From Woeseiaceae bacterium (lineage in GTDB: Bacteria > Pseudomonadota > Gammaproteobacteria > Steroidobacterales > Woeseiaceae), in NCBI GenBank assembly GCA_035344175.1, contig DAORAN010000012.1:4670-68669 (forward strand): DNA of 64,000 nucleotides, given 5' to 3'. Shown here piece by piece: positions 46,039-55,520 of this stretch; positions within the stretch are counted from its first letter, which is position 1, and every line of letters starts with the position of its first letter. Made by a program: the position numbers and the translations under genes. Below the pieces are notes generated by a model. That model worked only from the letters and a program-made list of their open reading frames with translations. It was not told the DNA's origin and did no database searches.

Positions 46039-48485
46039 TTTCCGAACAAGCGGCAGAAATTTTTCTCAAAGCTCGAACCCTCGATCCGGCAACGCGCATA
46101 CGCTACGTGACCGGCGCATGTGCGGACGATCCAACTTTGTTACGTGAAGTAAGCTTGCTGCTTTCCGGCGCCAACGAGTCCGAAGCTTACTTTGATGGTC
46201 TGGCCCGCAAAGTCAGCTTGGAGGTCCTGGCCGAGGACGATACGCCGCTCCCAGCGAACAAGGTGATTGGTTCATGGCGTCTGTTGCGGCGCATCGGCCG
46301 CGGCGGTATGGGTGCCGTGTACCTGGTGGCCCGCTCTGATGAGCATTTCGAGCAACAGGCAGCGCTCAAGATTCTGCCGACCGGATTGGACACGGATGTG
46401 GCCCGTGCCCGATTTCTGGTCGAACGACAGATTTTGGCGCGGCTTGTGCATGACAATATTGCGCGTTTACTTGATGGCGGTGTGACAGAGGATGACGTGC
46501 CCTACTTCGTCATGGACTATGTTGAGGGCCTACCCATCGACGAGTATTGCGTATCACGCAGGCTCGGAATTGATGCCAAACTCAACTTGCTTCTTGATGT
46601 AGCCGATGCGGTGCAATACGCGCATCGCAAACTCATTATTCATCGTGACCTGAAGCCCAGCAACGTGTTGGTAACCGAGACAGGTCGGGTTCGCTTGCTC
46701 GATTTCGGAATTGCCAAGATGCTGGAACCCGACGGCAATGAGTTGCAACCAACGCGTATGGCACAACGGCCCGTTACACCGAATTTTGCCAGCCCGGAGA
46801 TGCTTTGCGGCGAGCAGGTCGACGTAACCACCGACATATACTCGATTGGCGTACTTATGTACCTGTTGCTGACGGAGCGCACACCACTCTGCTTTAACGG
46901 CATGAGCCTGACTGAGATGTGGAAACACTCTGCAAATGAAGTGCCGCCTCCCGTTAGTCATATCAACCATGCACTGCGTGGCGATCTTGATGCAATTGTC
47001 GCAAAAGCGTTGGCTAAGCAACCTCAAGAGCGTTACAGCTCGGTTGAAAGCCTCGCGAACGATATTCGCAACTACCTAAATGGCCATCCCGTCTCAGCCA
47101 AGACACCCTCCACATGGTATCGTGCGCGCAAATTTGTGAATCGCCATCGAGCCGGTACTGCGTTCTCCGTGTTCACAGTAATAGCCGTGGCTACAATTGC
47201 CGCGTTGGCGGTTCGCTCCGCCACAGTTTCGGCGCGCCAAACACGTGAAATTACAGCGGAGCGGGATCGTGCCGAGCAAACCAAGGAATTCCTGGTCAGC
47301 ATATTCGAGTCGGCCGACCCGGATCTTGTACCAGGCAACCAGACGGCGCGCGACATCCTGGAATCAGGACGTGCGCGGATAGAACGCGAGCTTACCGACC
47401 AACCTGAGTTGCAGGCGGACCTGCTCGAGACCATGAGCCATGTCTATATCAGCTGGCGGCAGTTCGAAGATGGGCAAGCGGTTCTGGAACGGGAACAAGA
47501 TTTGCGCCGGGCGACGAGCGGCGAAGTTTCAGCTGAATATATCGATGTGCTATTTCGCCTTGCAGTCAATGCGGATATTGCCGGCGACTACGATCTGTCG
47601 CTCCGCTATGTCGGCGAAGCGCTGGAAGCCAGTGAGCAACTGGGCAGTTCGTATTGGCTGGCCTTAAGTCATGAACGCCTGGGCCGCATTCTGCATTTGC
47701 AAGGAGACTACACTGCCGCCGACACGCACTATAGGCGAGCGCTGGCGTGGATGATTGAGGCAAGCGGCAAGGACTCGATGGAAGCAGTCTTTATTAGGGA
47801 GCAATTGGCCAATCTTCTTAACCACCAGGAACGGTATGAAGAATCTCTGGTGGAGTTTGAGACGTCACTGGCGGTGCGGCGAAAGGTAATTTCAGGCGAC
47901 AGTTCGGAAATCAGTCCGATATTGCTTGGCATGGGCTCCGTTCTCACCAAGCTCGGCCGGCAGGATGACGCGTTGCGGGCCTACGAGGAAGGCTATGCAA
48001 TGAACGAGCGCCTGTACGGTGCTGACAACAGCTACAACATGTATTTCGCCAACGGCCTTGGCAAGCTCGCCGAGGTGAACGGCGACCTGGAAACGGCTAT
48101 ACAGCGCTATAGTGAGGCACGCCGACTCGTTGCCCTGCACACACCGTATTCGCCAAACATGGCATTTGCCGAGGCTGGCCTGGCTCGCGTTTATGCGCTG
48201 CAGGGCCGATACGACCTGGCCATCCCCATGTTTCGCTCAGCACTCCAAATTTTTACAGAGCGATTGCCCTCGCATTGGCTGCGCGGCGATACCAAATGGC
48301 GGCTTGGATTGTGTCTCGTCGAAACCGCCAATTACGTCGAAGCCGAAGCGCTCATACTCGATGGCTTGCTGGTTGTTGAAGAACAATGGGGACACGATCA
48401 CCAAAACACGGCAGACGCCCGTTCGGCCGCTGTGCGCCTGTATGAGAAATGGGGCAAAGCTGAAATGGCGCAGAACTACCGCTAG
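46035..48485 (+). CDS. Ser/Thr protein kinase with TM helix and C-terminal TPR repeats
   Basis: GTG overlaps the sigma stop (GTGA). Kinase motifs GRGGMGAVY, ALK, HRDLKPSNVL, DFGIAK and SPE. One TM (FSVFTVIAVATIAALAV), then ~430 aa of TPR-like repeats. Confidence 0.9.
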   Translation: MISEQAAEIFLKARTLDPATRIRYVTGACADDPTLLREVSLLLSGANESEAYFDGLARKVSLEVLAEDDTPLPANKVIGSWRLLRRIGRGGMGAVYLVARSDEHFEQQAALKILPTGLDTDVARARFLVERQILARLVHDNIARLLDGGVTEDDVPYFVMDYVEGLPIDEYCVSRRLGIDAKLNLLLDVADAVQYAHRKLIIHRDLKPSNVLVTETGRVRLLDFGIAKMLEPDGNELQPTRMAQRPVTPNFASPEMLCGEQVDVTTDIYSIGVLMYLLLTERTPLCFNGMSLTEMWKHSANEVPPPVSHINHALRGDLDAIVAKALAKQPQERYSSVESLANDIRNYLNGHPVSAKTPSTWYRARKFVNRHRAGTAFSVFTVIAVATIAALAVRSATVSARQTREITAERDRAEQTKEFLVSIFESADPDLVPGNQTARDILESGRARIERELTDQPELQADLLETMSHVYISWRQFEDGQAVLEREQDLRRATSGEVSAEYIDVLFRLAVNADIAGDYDLSLRYVGEALEASEQLGSSYWLALSHERLGRILHLQGDYTAADTHYRRALAWMIEASGKDSMEAVFIREQLANLLNHQERYEESLVEFETSLAVRRKVISGDSSEISPILLGMGSVLTKLGRQDDALRAYEEGYAMNERLYGADNSYNMYFANGLGKLAEVNGDLETAIQRYSEARRLVALHTPYSPNMAFAEAGLARVYALQGRYDLAIPMFRSALQIFTERLPSHWLRGDTKWRLGLCLVETANYVEAEALILDGLLVVEEQWGHDHQNTADARSAAVRLYEKWGKAEMAQNYR

Positions 48486-48505
48486 CAGCTTGCTTAATAA
48501 GCCGA

Positions 48506-49399
48506 TTACGCTTTGCGGTCGGTGAACTCGCGTTGCCAACCGGTGGGTGTCAAACCCGTTATGCGCCGGAAAGTAGTTGAGAAATGCCCCTGGCTCGAAA
48601 AGCCGGTGGCAAGCGCGACTTCGACCAGCTGACATTCGGGTTCAAGCATCAATTCCTTGGCTCGCTCCACTCGCTGTTGGGCCAGCCACTGAAAAGGCGT
48701 CAGACCGGTCGAGTTCTTATAGGCCCGCAGGAAATGGTATTGTGACAAGCCTGCACTTTCTGCGATGTCGACCAGTCGAAGCGATCGATCCAGGTGGCTG
48801 CGCATAAAATTCTGAGCCTTACACACTTGCCAATGCGCGAGTGTTTTCGTGGGTTGGTTACCGGAGGAGCGTAGCAGCAGGGTCGCCAGCACAACACGCA
48901 GGGCGTGTTCAGCAAACAGCGCCCCGCCCTGTCCTTCAGCCTCGCAAACTGCCCATAACCTCCACGCGATCATGTTCAGCATCGGATCTTCAAACGGGGT
49001 ACGGGCGATTGCATGCATCCGCAGCATCAGATCGTCCTCCGAGAGCCCTAGAATGCCGGTAACTTCACGCCAGGGAAGCGCAATGTGAAGCACGGTTGGT
49101 GTGCCCGAGAAGGACCAGTATGAATGTGTCCTCGCAGGCGTTACGAATATACGTCCAGGGGCATCCGCCAGTATCTGGGGGCCCTGGCCGATATCCCGGA
49201 CAACCTCCGCATGGCTGGAGCGGTGCACCAGGCTCACGATGAAGTCATCCACGGGCTGGAAATGGAGTCCAGGTGCCGGGCCATGGTTGGCCAGTGCCAA
49301 TACGGCACGGCTGCCTGTCGGAAACCGGACATCGATCCCGGATACAGGCAATTCACCATCTTCGAAATAACTTGTGAATCGCTTGCGGGGCAACGACAT
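48506..49399 (-). CDS. AraC-family transcriptional regulator
   Basis: C-terminal double HTH IAESAGLSQYHFLRAYKNSTGLTPFQWLAQQRVERAKELM...GFSSQGHFSTTFRRITGLTP. Confidence 0.85.
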   Translation of the reverse strand: MSLPRKRFTSYFEDGELPVSGIDVRFPTGSRAVLALANHGPAPGLHFQPVDDFIVSLVHRSSHAEVVRDIGQGPQILADAPGRIFVTPARTHSYWSFSGTPTVLHIALPWREVTGILGLSEDDLMLRMHAIARTPFEDPMLNMIAWRLWAVCEAEGQGGALFAEHALRVVLATLLLRSSGNQPTKTLAHWQVCKAQNFMRSHLDRSLRLVDIAESAGLSQYHFLRAYKNSTGLTPFQWLAQQRVERAKELMLEPECQLVEVALATGFSSQGHFSTTFRRITGLTPTGWQREFTDRKA

Positions 49400-49639
49400 G
49401 ATGGAATGATTTTCCTGTGTAGTACGTCAGCGCTACGGGGACGCGGCGGGGCTATCAAAGTCACGGCGAGGCATTAGCGCAAAGATTGTCGCAATTTCGC
49501 ATAACGACCGCAACTTCATGAAAGTCGGCGGGCCGCATTGTGCGTAGATTGCGTGGCCATAGTTAATAAAAATCCCGTTAAGCCGCAATCGAAGCTCTGC
49601 CTTTTTCTGAACCCAGTGTCACGGAATTGGAGAAACTCC

Positions 49640-52012
49640 ATGTCTCACATTGCTAGCGGCCAGTCCACTCGCCTGGTTGTAGCCACGGCAGCTATGTCCT
49701 TCGGAATCGCGGTACCGGTTTGGGCACAAACTGTTACTTCATCGCCCGATAAAAGCTCCGAGATAGCCCGCGACGCTTCCATAGAAGAGATATTTGTTGT
49801 CGCCCGTCGCCGGGAAGAATCCATCCAGGACGTACCCGTTGCCATTTCCGCGTTTTCCGAGAGTGACCTCTATGACGCTGGAATCGAAAACGTGGCGCAA
49901 CTCGCCGAAGTCGTTCCGAATATGGTCTTTCACGCCGGTGCACCCATCGGCGGAAGCACGTCCACCGGTTCGCTGTACATTCGCGGTGTGGGCTCGAACG
50001 AGGTTTCCATGGGTACGGAACCCGGCGTGGGACTGTACGTCGATGACGTCTACCTGGCGCGCAGCGTAGGCAGCGTGCTGGATCTTGTGGACATCGAGTC
50101 GGTGCAGGTGCTACGCGGCCCGCAAGGCACTCTTTTTGGACGTAATAATGTCGGCGGAGCCATCCTGGTCAAGACCCGGCGACCAAGCGACGATTTTAGC
50201 GGCAACGTCGAGCTAACGGTCGGTACAGAAGACCGGATGGAGATCCAGGCGGCAGTCAACATGCCTTTGTCCAATTCAGTGCGCACGCGGCTATCGATGT
50301 TGGGTGGCGAACGCGACGGGTACGTCAACAATCTCGACGGCGGTGATAATCTCGGCGAGAAAAATCGTCTGGCCGGTCGCGGTGTGCTCGAGTGGGACGC
50401 GGCCGATAACGTAATCGTCACCGTGACCGCTGATGCAAGCCGTGAGCGTGGCTCCGCCATCCCTTCCGTGTTGCTCGGCCTCGTTCCGGTCATTCCTGGC
50501 ACGTCAACCCCGACGCAGATACAGGAACTCGCCAACCTTAATCTGAACTGTGGCGGCAGAAGCGTTCTCGGAAATAGCGGCAACCCGGCATGCATTGACC
50601 AGCAGTACATCCAGGGACCGTTTGACAGCTTCGGCGGTTACGTTTCGCCCGATCCCATATTCGATTCACAGGGCAGCAGGCCGTACGAGAATAAATCGGA
50701 TCTCGACGTCTGGGGTGTCAGCATGAAACTCGCGTGGGCCGTGCATGAATCACTGACAGTGAATTCGATTACCGCGTGGCGCGAACTGGATGGCTTTTGG
50801 CCCAGCAATTCAGATCACTCGCCCAATCCCGGCGCAGAAACCAAGAACGACTACCAGCAGGAGCAATTCAGCCAGGAAATCCAGTTGCTTGGTACCGCGA
50901 TGAATGAACGACTGGATTGGATCACCGGTCTGTACTACTTTGAAGAAAACGGAGAGAACCTGAACGTCGTGCACTTTCCTGCCGTCATATTTCGTTCCGG
51001 TGGCAAGTTCGCAACGGATTCCCTGGCACTCTTCGCACAGGCCAGTTACGACTTGAGCGACGTACTCGAGTGGACCGTCGGGCTGCGCTACACGACAGAA
51101 GACAAGAAATACGAAACCGAGAATTTCCAGCAAATCATCGGCGCTTTGCTGGATCCATTCACGCAAACCTACCTGGATTTCCGTGCAAACCCGATACCCT
51201 TCGTCTTCGGACCAACTCCGGACCTGGATTTCGATGAGTTCACGCCGTCCACCAGCCTTGCCTGGCACGTCGGATCTCAAACGATGATCTACGTGTCATA
51301 CGCAGAGGGATATAAGAGCGGTGGCTATGAACAACGCCTTGCACCGGGTACACCTGTAGTGCCGAGCTTCAACCCGGAATACTCCAAAGTTTATGAGTTG
51401 GGCCTGAAGAGCACGCTGGCCGACGGGCGGCTCGCTATCACGAGCGCATTATTCACCAATGACTATTCAGGTATGCAGATATCTGTGATTGATGGCGTCG
51501 CGCCAACGCTGACCAACGCGGGCGACGCGACCATTAACGGCGCCGAGCTGGGGCTGGATTGGAGCCCGGCCCAACGGACCTTGGTAAGTGCAAACATCGG
51601 ATGGCTGGATGCCAGCTACGATCGCCTGTCAGAGCGGGCGCTGGCTTCCGGTGTCGCTTTGGGCAACAGCCTGCCCAATGTTTCCGAATGGCAGATAGCT
51701 GCGTCGCTATCCCATGATTTCGAACTCTGGAAAAACGGAGTGCTGACCCCGCGTCTCGATTGGTCCTGGCGCTCGGAATACAGCGTAGACAGCGCAAACA
51801 CGCCGTTGTTAACCCAGCAAGACTTCCACTTGCTAAACGCCAGCATCACCTGGACGTCGTCGAATCAACGCTGGGCTGCAGTTCTGGCAGCGCGAAATAT
51901 CACGGACGAGGCTTACCTGGTCGCCGGTTTGGCGCAATACAGCGTGGGACAAACAGAAGGCCAATTTGCCTGGCCAAGTGAATGGAACCTGTCGGTACGC
52001 TACACGTTTTGA
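49640..52012 (+). CDS. TonB-dependent receptor
   Basis: GGAGA SD before ATG 49640, signal peptide (AVPVWA-QT), plug IEEIFVVARRREESIQDVPVAISAF...VQVLRGPQGTLFGRNNVGGAILVKT, and terminal ...NLSVRYTF. Confidence 0.9.
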   Translation: MSHIASGQSTRLVVATAAMSFGIAVPVWAQTVTSSPDKSSEIARDASIEEIFVVARRREESIQDVPVAISAFSESDLYDAGIENVAQLAEVVPNMVFHAGAPIGGSTSTGSLYIRGVGSNEVSMGTEPGVGLYVDDVYLARSVGSVLDLVDIESVQVLRGPQGTLFGRNNVGGAILVKTRRPSDDFSGNVELTVGTEDRMEIQAAVNMPLSNSVRTRLSMLGGERDGYVNNLDGGDNLGEKNRLAGRGVLEWDAADNVIVTVTADASRERGSAIPSVLLGLVPVIPGTSTPTQIQELANLNLNCGGRSVLGNSGNPACIDQQYIQGPFDSFGGYVSPDPIFDSQGSRPYENKSDLDVWGVSMKLAWAVHESLTVNSITAWRELDGFWPSNSDHSPNPGAETKNDYQQEQFSQEIQLLGTAMNERLDWITGLYYFEENGENLNVVHFPAVIFRSGGKFATDSLALFAQASYDLSDVLEWTVGLRYTTEDKKYETENFQQIIGALLDPFTQTYLDFRANPIPFVFGPTPDLDFDEFTPSTSLAWHVGSQTMIYVSYAEGYKSGGYEQRLAPGTPVVPSFNPEYSKVYELGLKSTLADGRLAITSALFTNDYSGMQISVIDGVAPTLTNAGDATINGAELGLDWSPAQRTLVSANIGWLDASYDRLSERALASGVALGNSLPNVSEWQIAASLSHDFELWKNGVLTPRLDWSWRSEYSVDSANTPLLTQQDFHLLNASITWTSSNQRWAAVLAARNITDEAYLVAGLAQYSVGQTEGQFAWPSEWNLSVRYTF

Positions 52013-52041
52013 AGATGGCAGAAAGCAGAGGAGCTTGGAAC

Positions 52042-52440
52042 ATGCATTACATCGTCGAAAACGATCATCGGGCCGATCCTGCATCATGGCGCCCACTGGC
52101 ACCGGGTATCGCGATGCAAATACTACGCATGAGCCGGGAAACCGGCCAGTACACGGTAATCATCCAGGCAGACAAAGGAAGCGTTCTGCCACGGCATCGA
52201 CACCTTTCGCCGTCGGAAATCTACATCCTGTCAGGCAGCGGCACACACCCGCAGACGGGGACCTTTAAAGCTGATGATTACATCTACGAAAATGCAGGGG
52301 CGGTTCACGATGCCGTCATGTTTGATGAGCCCGTCAAACTCCTCATGGTCAGCTACGGTGCCAGCGCCTTTCTGGACGACAATGACCAGGTCCTGTTCTT
52401 GCTGGATGTGCATCAGTTGCAGAACGATACGGGTCCCTGA
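52042..52440 (+). CDS. cupin-domain protein (ChrR C-terminal-like)
   Basis: AGAGGAG SD before ATG 52042. The block GSVLPRHRHLSPSEIYILSGSG...YIYENAGAVHDAV fits a cupin metal-site pattern. No zinc anti-sigma N-domain is present. Confidence 0.6.
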   Translation: MHYIVENDHRADPASWRPLAPGIAMQILRMSRETGQYTVIIQADKGSVLPRHRHLSPSEIYILSGSGTHPQTGTFKADDYIYENAGAVHDAVMFDEPVKLLMVSYGASAFLDDNDQVLFLLDVHQLQNDTGP

Positions 52441-52506
52441 TCGGCGCCCACCCGGTTGAACCGGCCGCGGTAAGAGCTGGAGAGCCGGCAAGCACATGCA
52501 ATAACA

Positions 52507-53613
52507 TTAACCGTCGTGCGGACGGCCAATCGCAACCGGACGAATCGGTGACCCAGAATTACCCTTGGATCGCAAAGGCAGGATCATGGTGCAGGATGTC
52601 CAGACCTTGTCCTTCGCCAATTCATCGAGCTTCATATTCTGAATTTGATAGATTCCCGAATTGGCCAGATTCTGATGATGGATCGCGAATGGCAATCCTT
52701 CCGGTGTGCCCTCTGGTGCATCGGCTTTTCCTGCCAGTTGGCCCTCATTGACCGGATCGGTAAACGGATTATCAAGTGCGACCAGCACTATATTTTTCTC
52801 AGCGAGATAAAGTGCTGCGTCATAGGACAACCCCGGCCCCTTCGTGTAGTACTCGTCGCTGTCCCAGATGTCGCTCCATCCCGTGTAAATGTACAGCACG
52901 TCTCCGGGTAGCAAACCGCGTTCGGCAAGGCCTTGAGCCTTCATCATGTCCTCGATATCCTGTTTGGTAATTCGCTGGCCCGGCGCCAGTGCCGAGCCAC
53001 CTCCAAGGTACGTGCGCGCGTCCAGCAGGATTGCGCTGGTAACGATGGGCGGCGCATTTTCTATGCCGAGCTTCTGCAAAGGCGAATCCGGTGAAGGTTT
53101 GACATCCGACTGCTTGTAGCCACCGTAGTATTGCGCGGAATTGAAGGCCGACTGATCCGCACCGTCCCATACCTTGTCGAGGTAGGCAAAGTGACCAAGC
53201 GCATCCATTTGTGTGCCCTGTGCACCCGGCTCGCCGCTCGCAATCTGCTCACCGTTAAAAGCATGCTTCGTGCCCGGAATGCCAACCGTTGGCCGATAGT
53301 CGTAAGTGAGCGGCACACCAAACGGTGACTGGGTCATGTCATTGGAACGGACATGGGACAACTCGTAACTTTTTGCGCCGGGTTGTTGCATATAGTACGC
53401 ACAACGCATCCAGGTACCGGCTCCGATCGTATTGCCCATCCCTTTCTCATCCCCTGCCGGCCACGGCGCTGTACGGACCAGGCTGCTGGACTGCTGCGTG
53501 ACAGCGAGTTCATCGTTTCCTGCAGCGGTTTCCGTACGTGCGCAGCCGGCCACTATTGATACGGCCGCAATGGTCAGCAATATGAATATCGATTTCTTGA
53601 TGTCGGAAAGCAT
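52507..53613 (-). CDS. cyclase-family (kynurenine-formamidase-like fold) lipoprotein
   Basis: Lipobox SIVAGC-ARTE. Cyclase-family blocks GDVLYIYTGWSDIW, GLSYDAALYLAEKNIVLVALDNPFTDP and AIHHQNLANSGIYQIQNM. The metal motif reads AQGTQMDALGH rather than the usual HxGTHxDxPxH. Confidence 0.65.
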   Translation of the reverse strand: MLSDIKKSIFILLTIAAVSIVAGCARTETAAGNDELAVTQQSSSLVRTAPWPAGDEKGMGNTIGAGTWMRCAYYMQQPGAKSYELSHVRSNDMTQSPFGVPLTYDYRPTVGIPGTKHAFNGEQIASGEPGAQGTQMDALGHFAYLDKVWDGADQSAFNSAQYYGGYKQSDVKPSPDSPLQKLGIENAPPIVTSAILLDARTYLGGGSALAPGQRITKQDIEDMMKAQGLAERGLLPGDVLYIYTGWSDIWDSDEYYTKGPGLSYDAALYLAEKNIVLVALDNPFTDPVNEGQLAGKADAPEGTPEGLPFAIHHQNLANSGIYQIQNMKLDELAKDKVWTSCTMILPLRSKGNSGSPIRPVAIGRPHDG

Positions 53614-53664
53614 AGTGGTCCCTCTTTGGTCATAGCCGCGAATTCCTCACACCCGGCGCCGGTT

Positions 53665-53778
53665 TCAGTCTTTACGCTTCGTCATTATGCGCCAGCAGTC
53701 ATAGAGCATGTACAACAACATGATTGTGGGTATTCCAAGTAACAGCCAGAAGCTGTCCGCAGGCAGTCCGAGTATCAT
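53665..53778 (-). CDS. 37-aa hydrophobic protein translationally coupled to the SSS transporter (not in ORF track)
   Basis: ATG 53778-53776 overlaps the transporter TGA (ATGA). Translation is MILGLPADSFWLLLGIPTIMLLYMLYDCWRIMTKRKD*, giving one TM helix plus a basic tail. Confidence 0.45.
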   Translation of the reverse strand: MILGLPADSFWLLLGIPTIMLLYMLYDCWRIMTKRKD

Positions 53779-55280
53779 GTCGTCTCCGGAAAATATTTAT
53801 CGATGTTTGCCTGTTCGACAGGCGGCGTGAACAGCGTTACCAGCAACATCAGGACTCCCGCAGCGGCAAGCCCGACTATCCCCGGGTGCAGGTTTACTGA
53901 CCACGGTACATTCAGCAGTGATGCAACAATCCAGATACTGGTGGCCACCGTTCCCCCGATCGACGATGCCAGTGCTGCCTGCCGGCTGACACGCCTGGAT
54001 GTCATGCCGACCAGCAGCGGAAAAAAGAAAGCCGAACCGACCAGCGCAATTGCGTAAGACACGATACGCAAGATGAGTGCAACGTCGGGTATAGCGCACA
54101 GGAAAGCGACGACACCGACGACAACGATCGAATAGCGAGAGATACGCAGGTATTCCTTTTCTTCACGCTGCATGCCCCGCGGCTCATCATAGCAGCGCCG
54201 GATCAGGTCATGAGCAATGGCTGACCCTGACATGAGCAGCAAAGAATCGGTAGTCGACATAGCCGCACTTGCAATACCAGTCAGCGCAACGGCCGCGAGC
54301 GCTGGCGTCAATAGTTGCGCGACAAGGAAGGGAAATGCCTGGTCCGGTGACCCAATTTGGTCCCAGACCAGGATGCGAGCAGCCGCGCCCAAATAGATAT
54401 TTCCATACAGCAGAAAAAGCATGACGAGGCCAATCGCAATTGGCACGGATGCGCGAGCAACCCGGTCGTCCCGTGCTGCAAACATCTTTGTGACGAGTTC
54501 GATCCGCGTGCTGTACGCGACAAACCAGATCAGGTACCAGGAGACCACGTAACTGGCCGACCAGGACACGCCGGTAGGCGATGTCCAACCGGGAGCCAGC
54601 GCCTCGACCCGGCTCAACACCGACTCCCAGCCACCGACAGCTTCATAGGCGAACGGTACGAGAATTAGCAGACCAACCCACATGAAAATAAACTGTGCGA
54701 TGTTGGTCCAGACGACCGCCAACAAGCCCCCGAGCGCTACATATGCAACGAAGATGATCGTTCCGAGAATCAGGCAGGTCATGAATTCGTAACCGAGCAA
54801 CCGCTCGAGGACAAACGCCATGCCACGCAGCTGGCCAACCAGGTAAATGATGCTGGATAGTGCAACGACCACGGCGCTCCACGCGCGCAATGTCGTGCTA
54901 TTGAAGCGATCTCCCATATAGTCCGGAATAGTGAAGCCACCCGACATGCGTAGCTTCTTGGCGAAGAAGTAGAAAATGACAGCCGCACCACCGACGAACG
55001 ATATGTATGGCAATATTGCAATCCCACCGAACTTGCCCGCAAAGGCGACCCCGCTGAGGATCGCGCCGCCATGCATAATCGCGGCCATGTTGGCCATGAC
55101 AAGTATGGGTAGCCCGAACTGGCGACCTGCTACCCAGAAATCGGTTTCGGTTTTTTGCTGCCGTGACGCAACTACGCCGAGCACCACGATCACTACCAGG
55201 TAAAAGCCGAAAATTGCTACCCCAATCGGATTCGAAATCAATGTTTCAATCCCCGTTGCCGTGGTTTCCCGCGCAGTCAT
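53775..55280 (-). CDS. sodium:solute symporter (SSS) family transporter
   Basis: 501 aa with ~13 TM helices. N-terminal FWVAGRQFGLPILVMANMAAIMHGGAILSGVAFAGKFG is typical of SSS proteins. Confidence 0.9.
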   Translation of the reverse strand: MTARETTATGIETLISNPIGVAIFGFYLVVIVVLGVVASRQQKTETDFWVAGRQFGLPILVMANMAAIMHGGAILSGVAFAGKFGGIAILPYISFVGGAAVIFYFFAKKLRMSGGFTIPDYMGDRFNSTTLRAWSAVVVALSSIIYLVGQLRGMAFVLERLLGYEFMTCLILGTIIFVAYVALGGLLAVVWTNIAQFIFMWVGLLILVPFAYEAVGGWESVLSRVEALAPGWTSPTGVSWSASYVVSWYLIWFVAYSTRIELVTKMFAARDDRVARASVPIAIGLVMLFLLYGNIYLGAAARILVWDQIGSPDQAFPFLVAQLLTPALAAVALTGIASAAMSTTDSLLLMSGSAIAHDLIRRCYDEPRGMQREEKEYLRISRYSIVVVGVVAFLCAIPDVALILRIVSYAIALVGSAFFFPLLVGMTSRRVSRQAALASSIGGTVATSIWIVASLLNVPWSVNLHPGIVGLAAAGVLMLLVTLFTPPVEQANIDKYFPETT

Positions 55281-55520
55281 GCGGTGCCACTCTTATTGAT
55301 GTCAGGGTGCGCCCCGTGCACGCTCCGCAGACTTATCTTAAGTATATATATTTTACCTTTAAAATGTTATTGCTTTCGAACCATCTTCGGAAGTTAAAGG
55401 GAGCTCAGCTGTGTGAGGCCGACTAATACCCAAGTGCGGAAAGGTTGCCAAGGTGAGATAATCGATGACTGGACGCCGGCAGGCTATGAGAAACACTTTC
55501 GCTCATACGATGAAGGTTTG

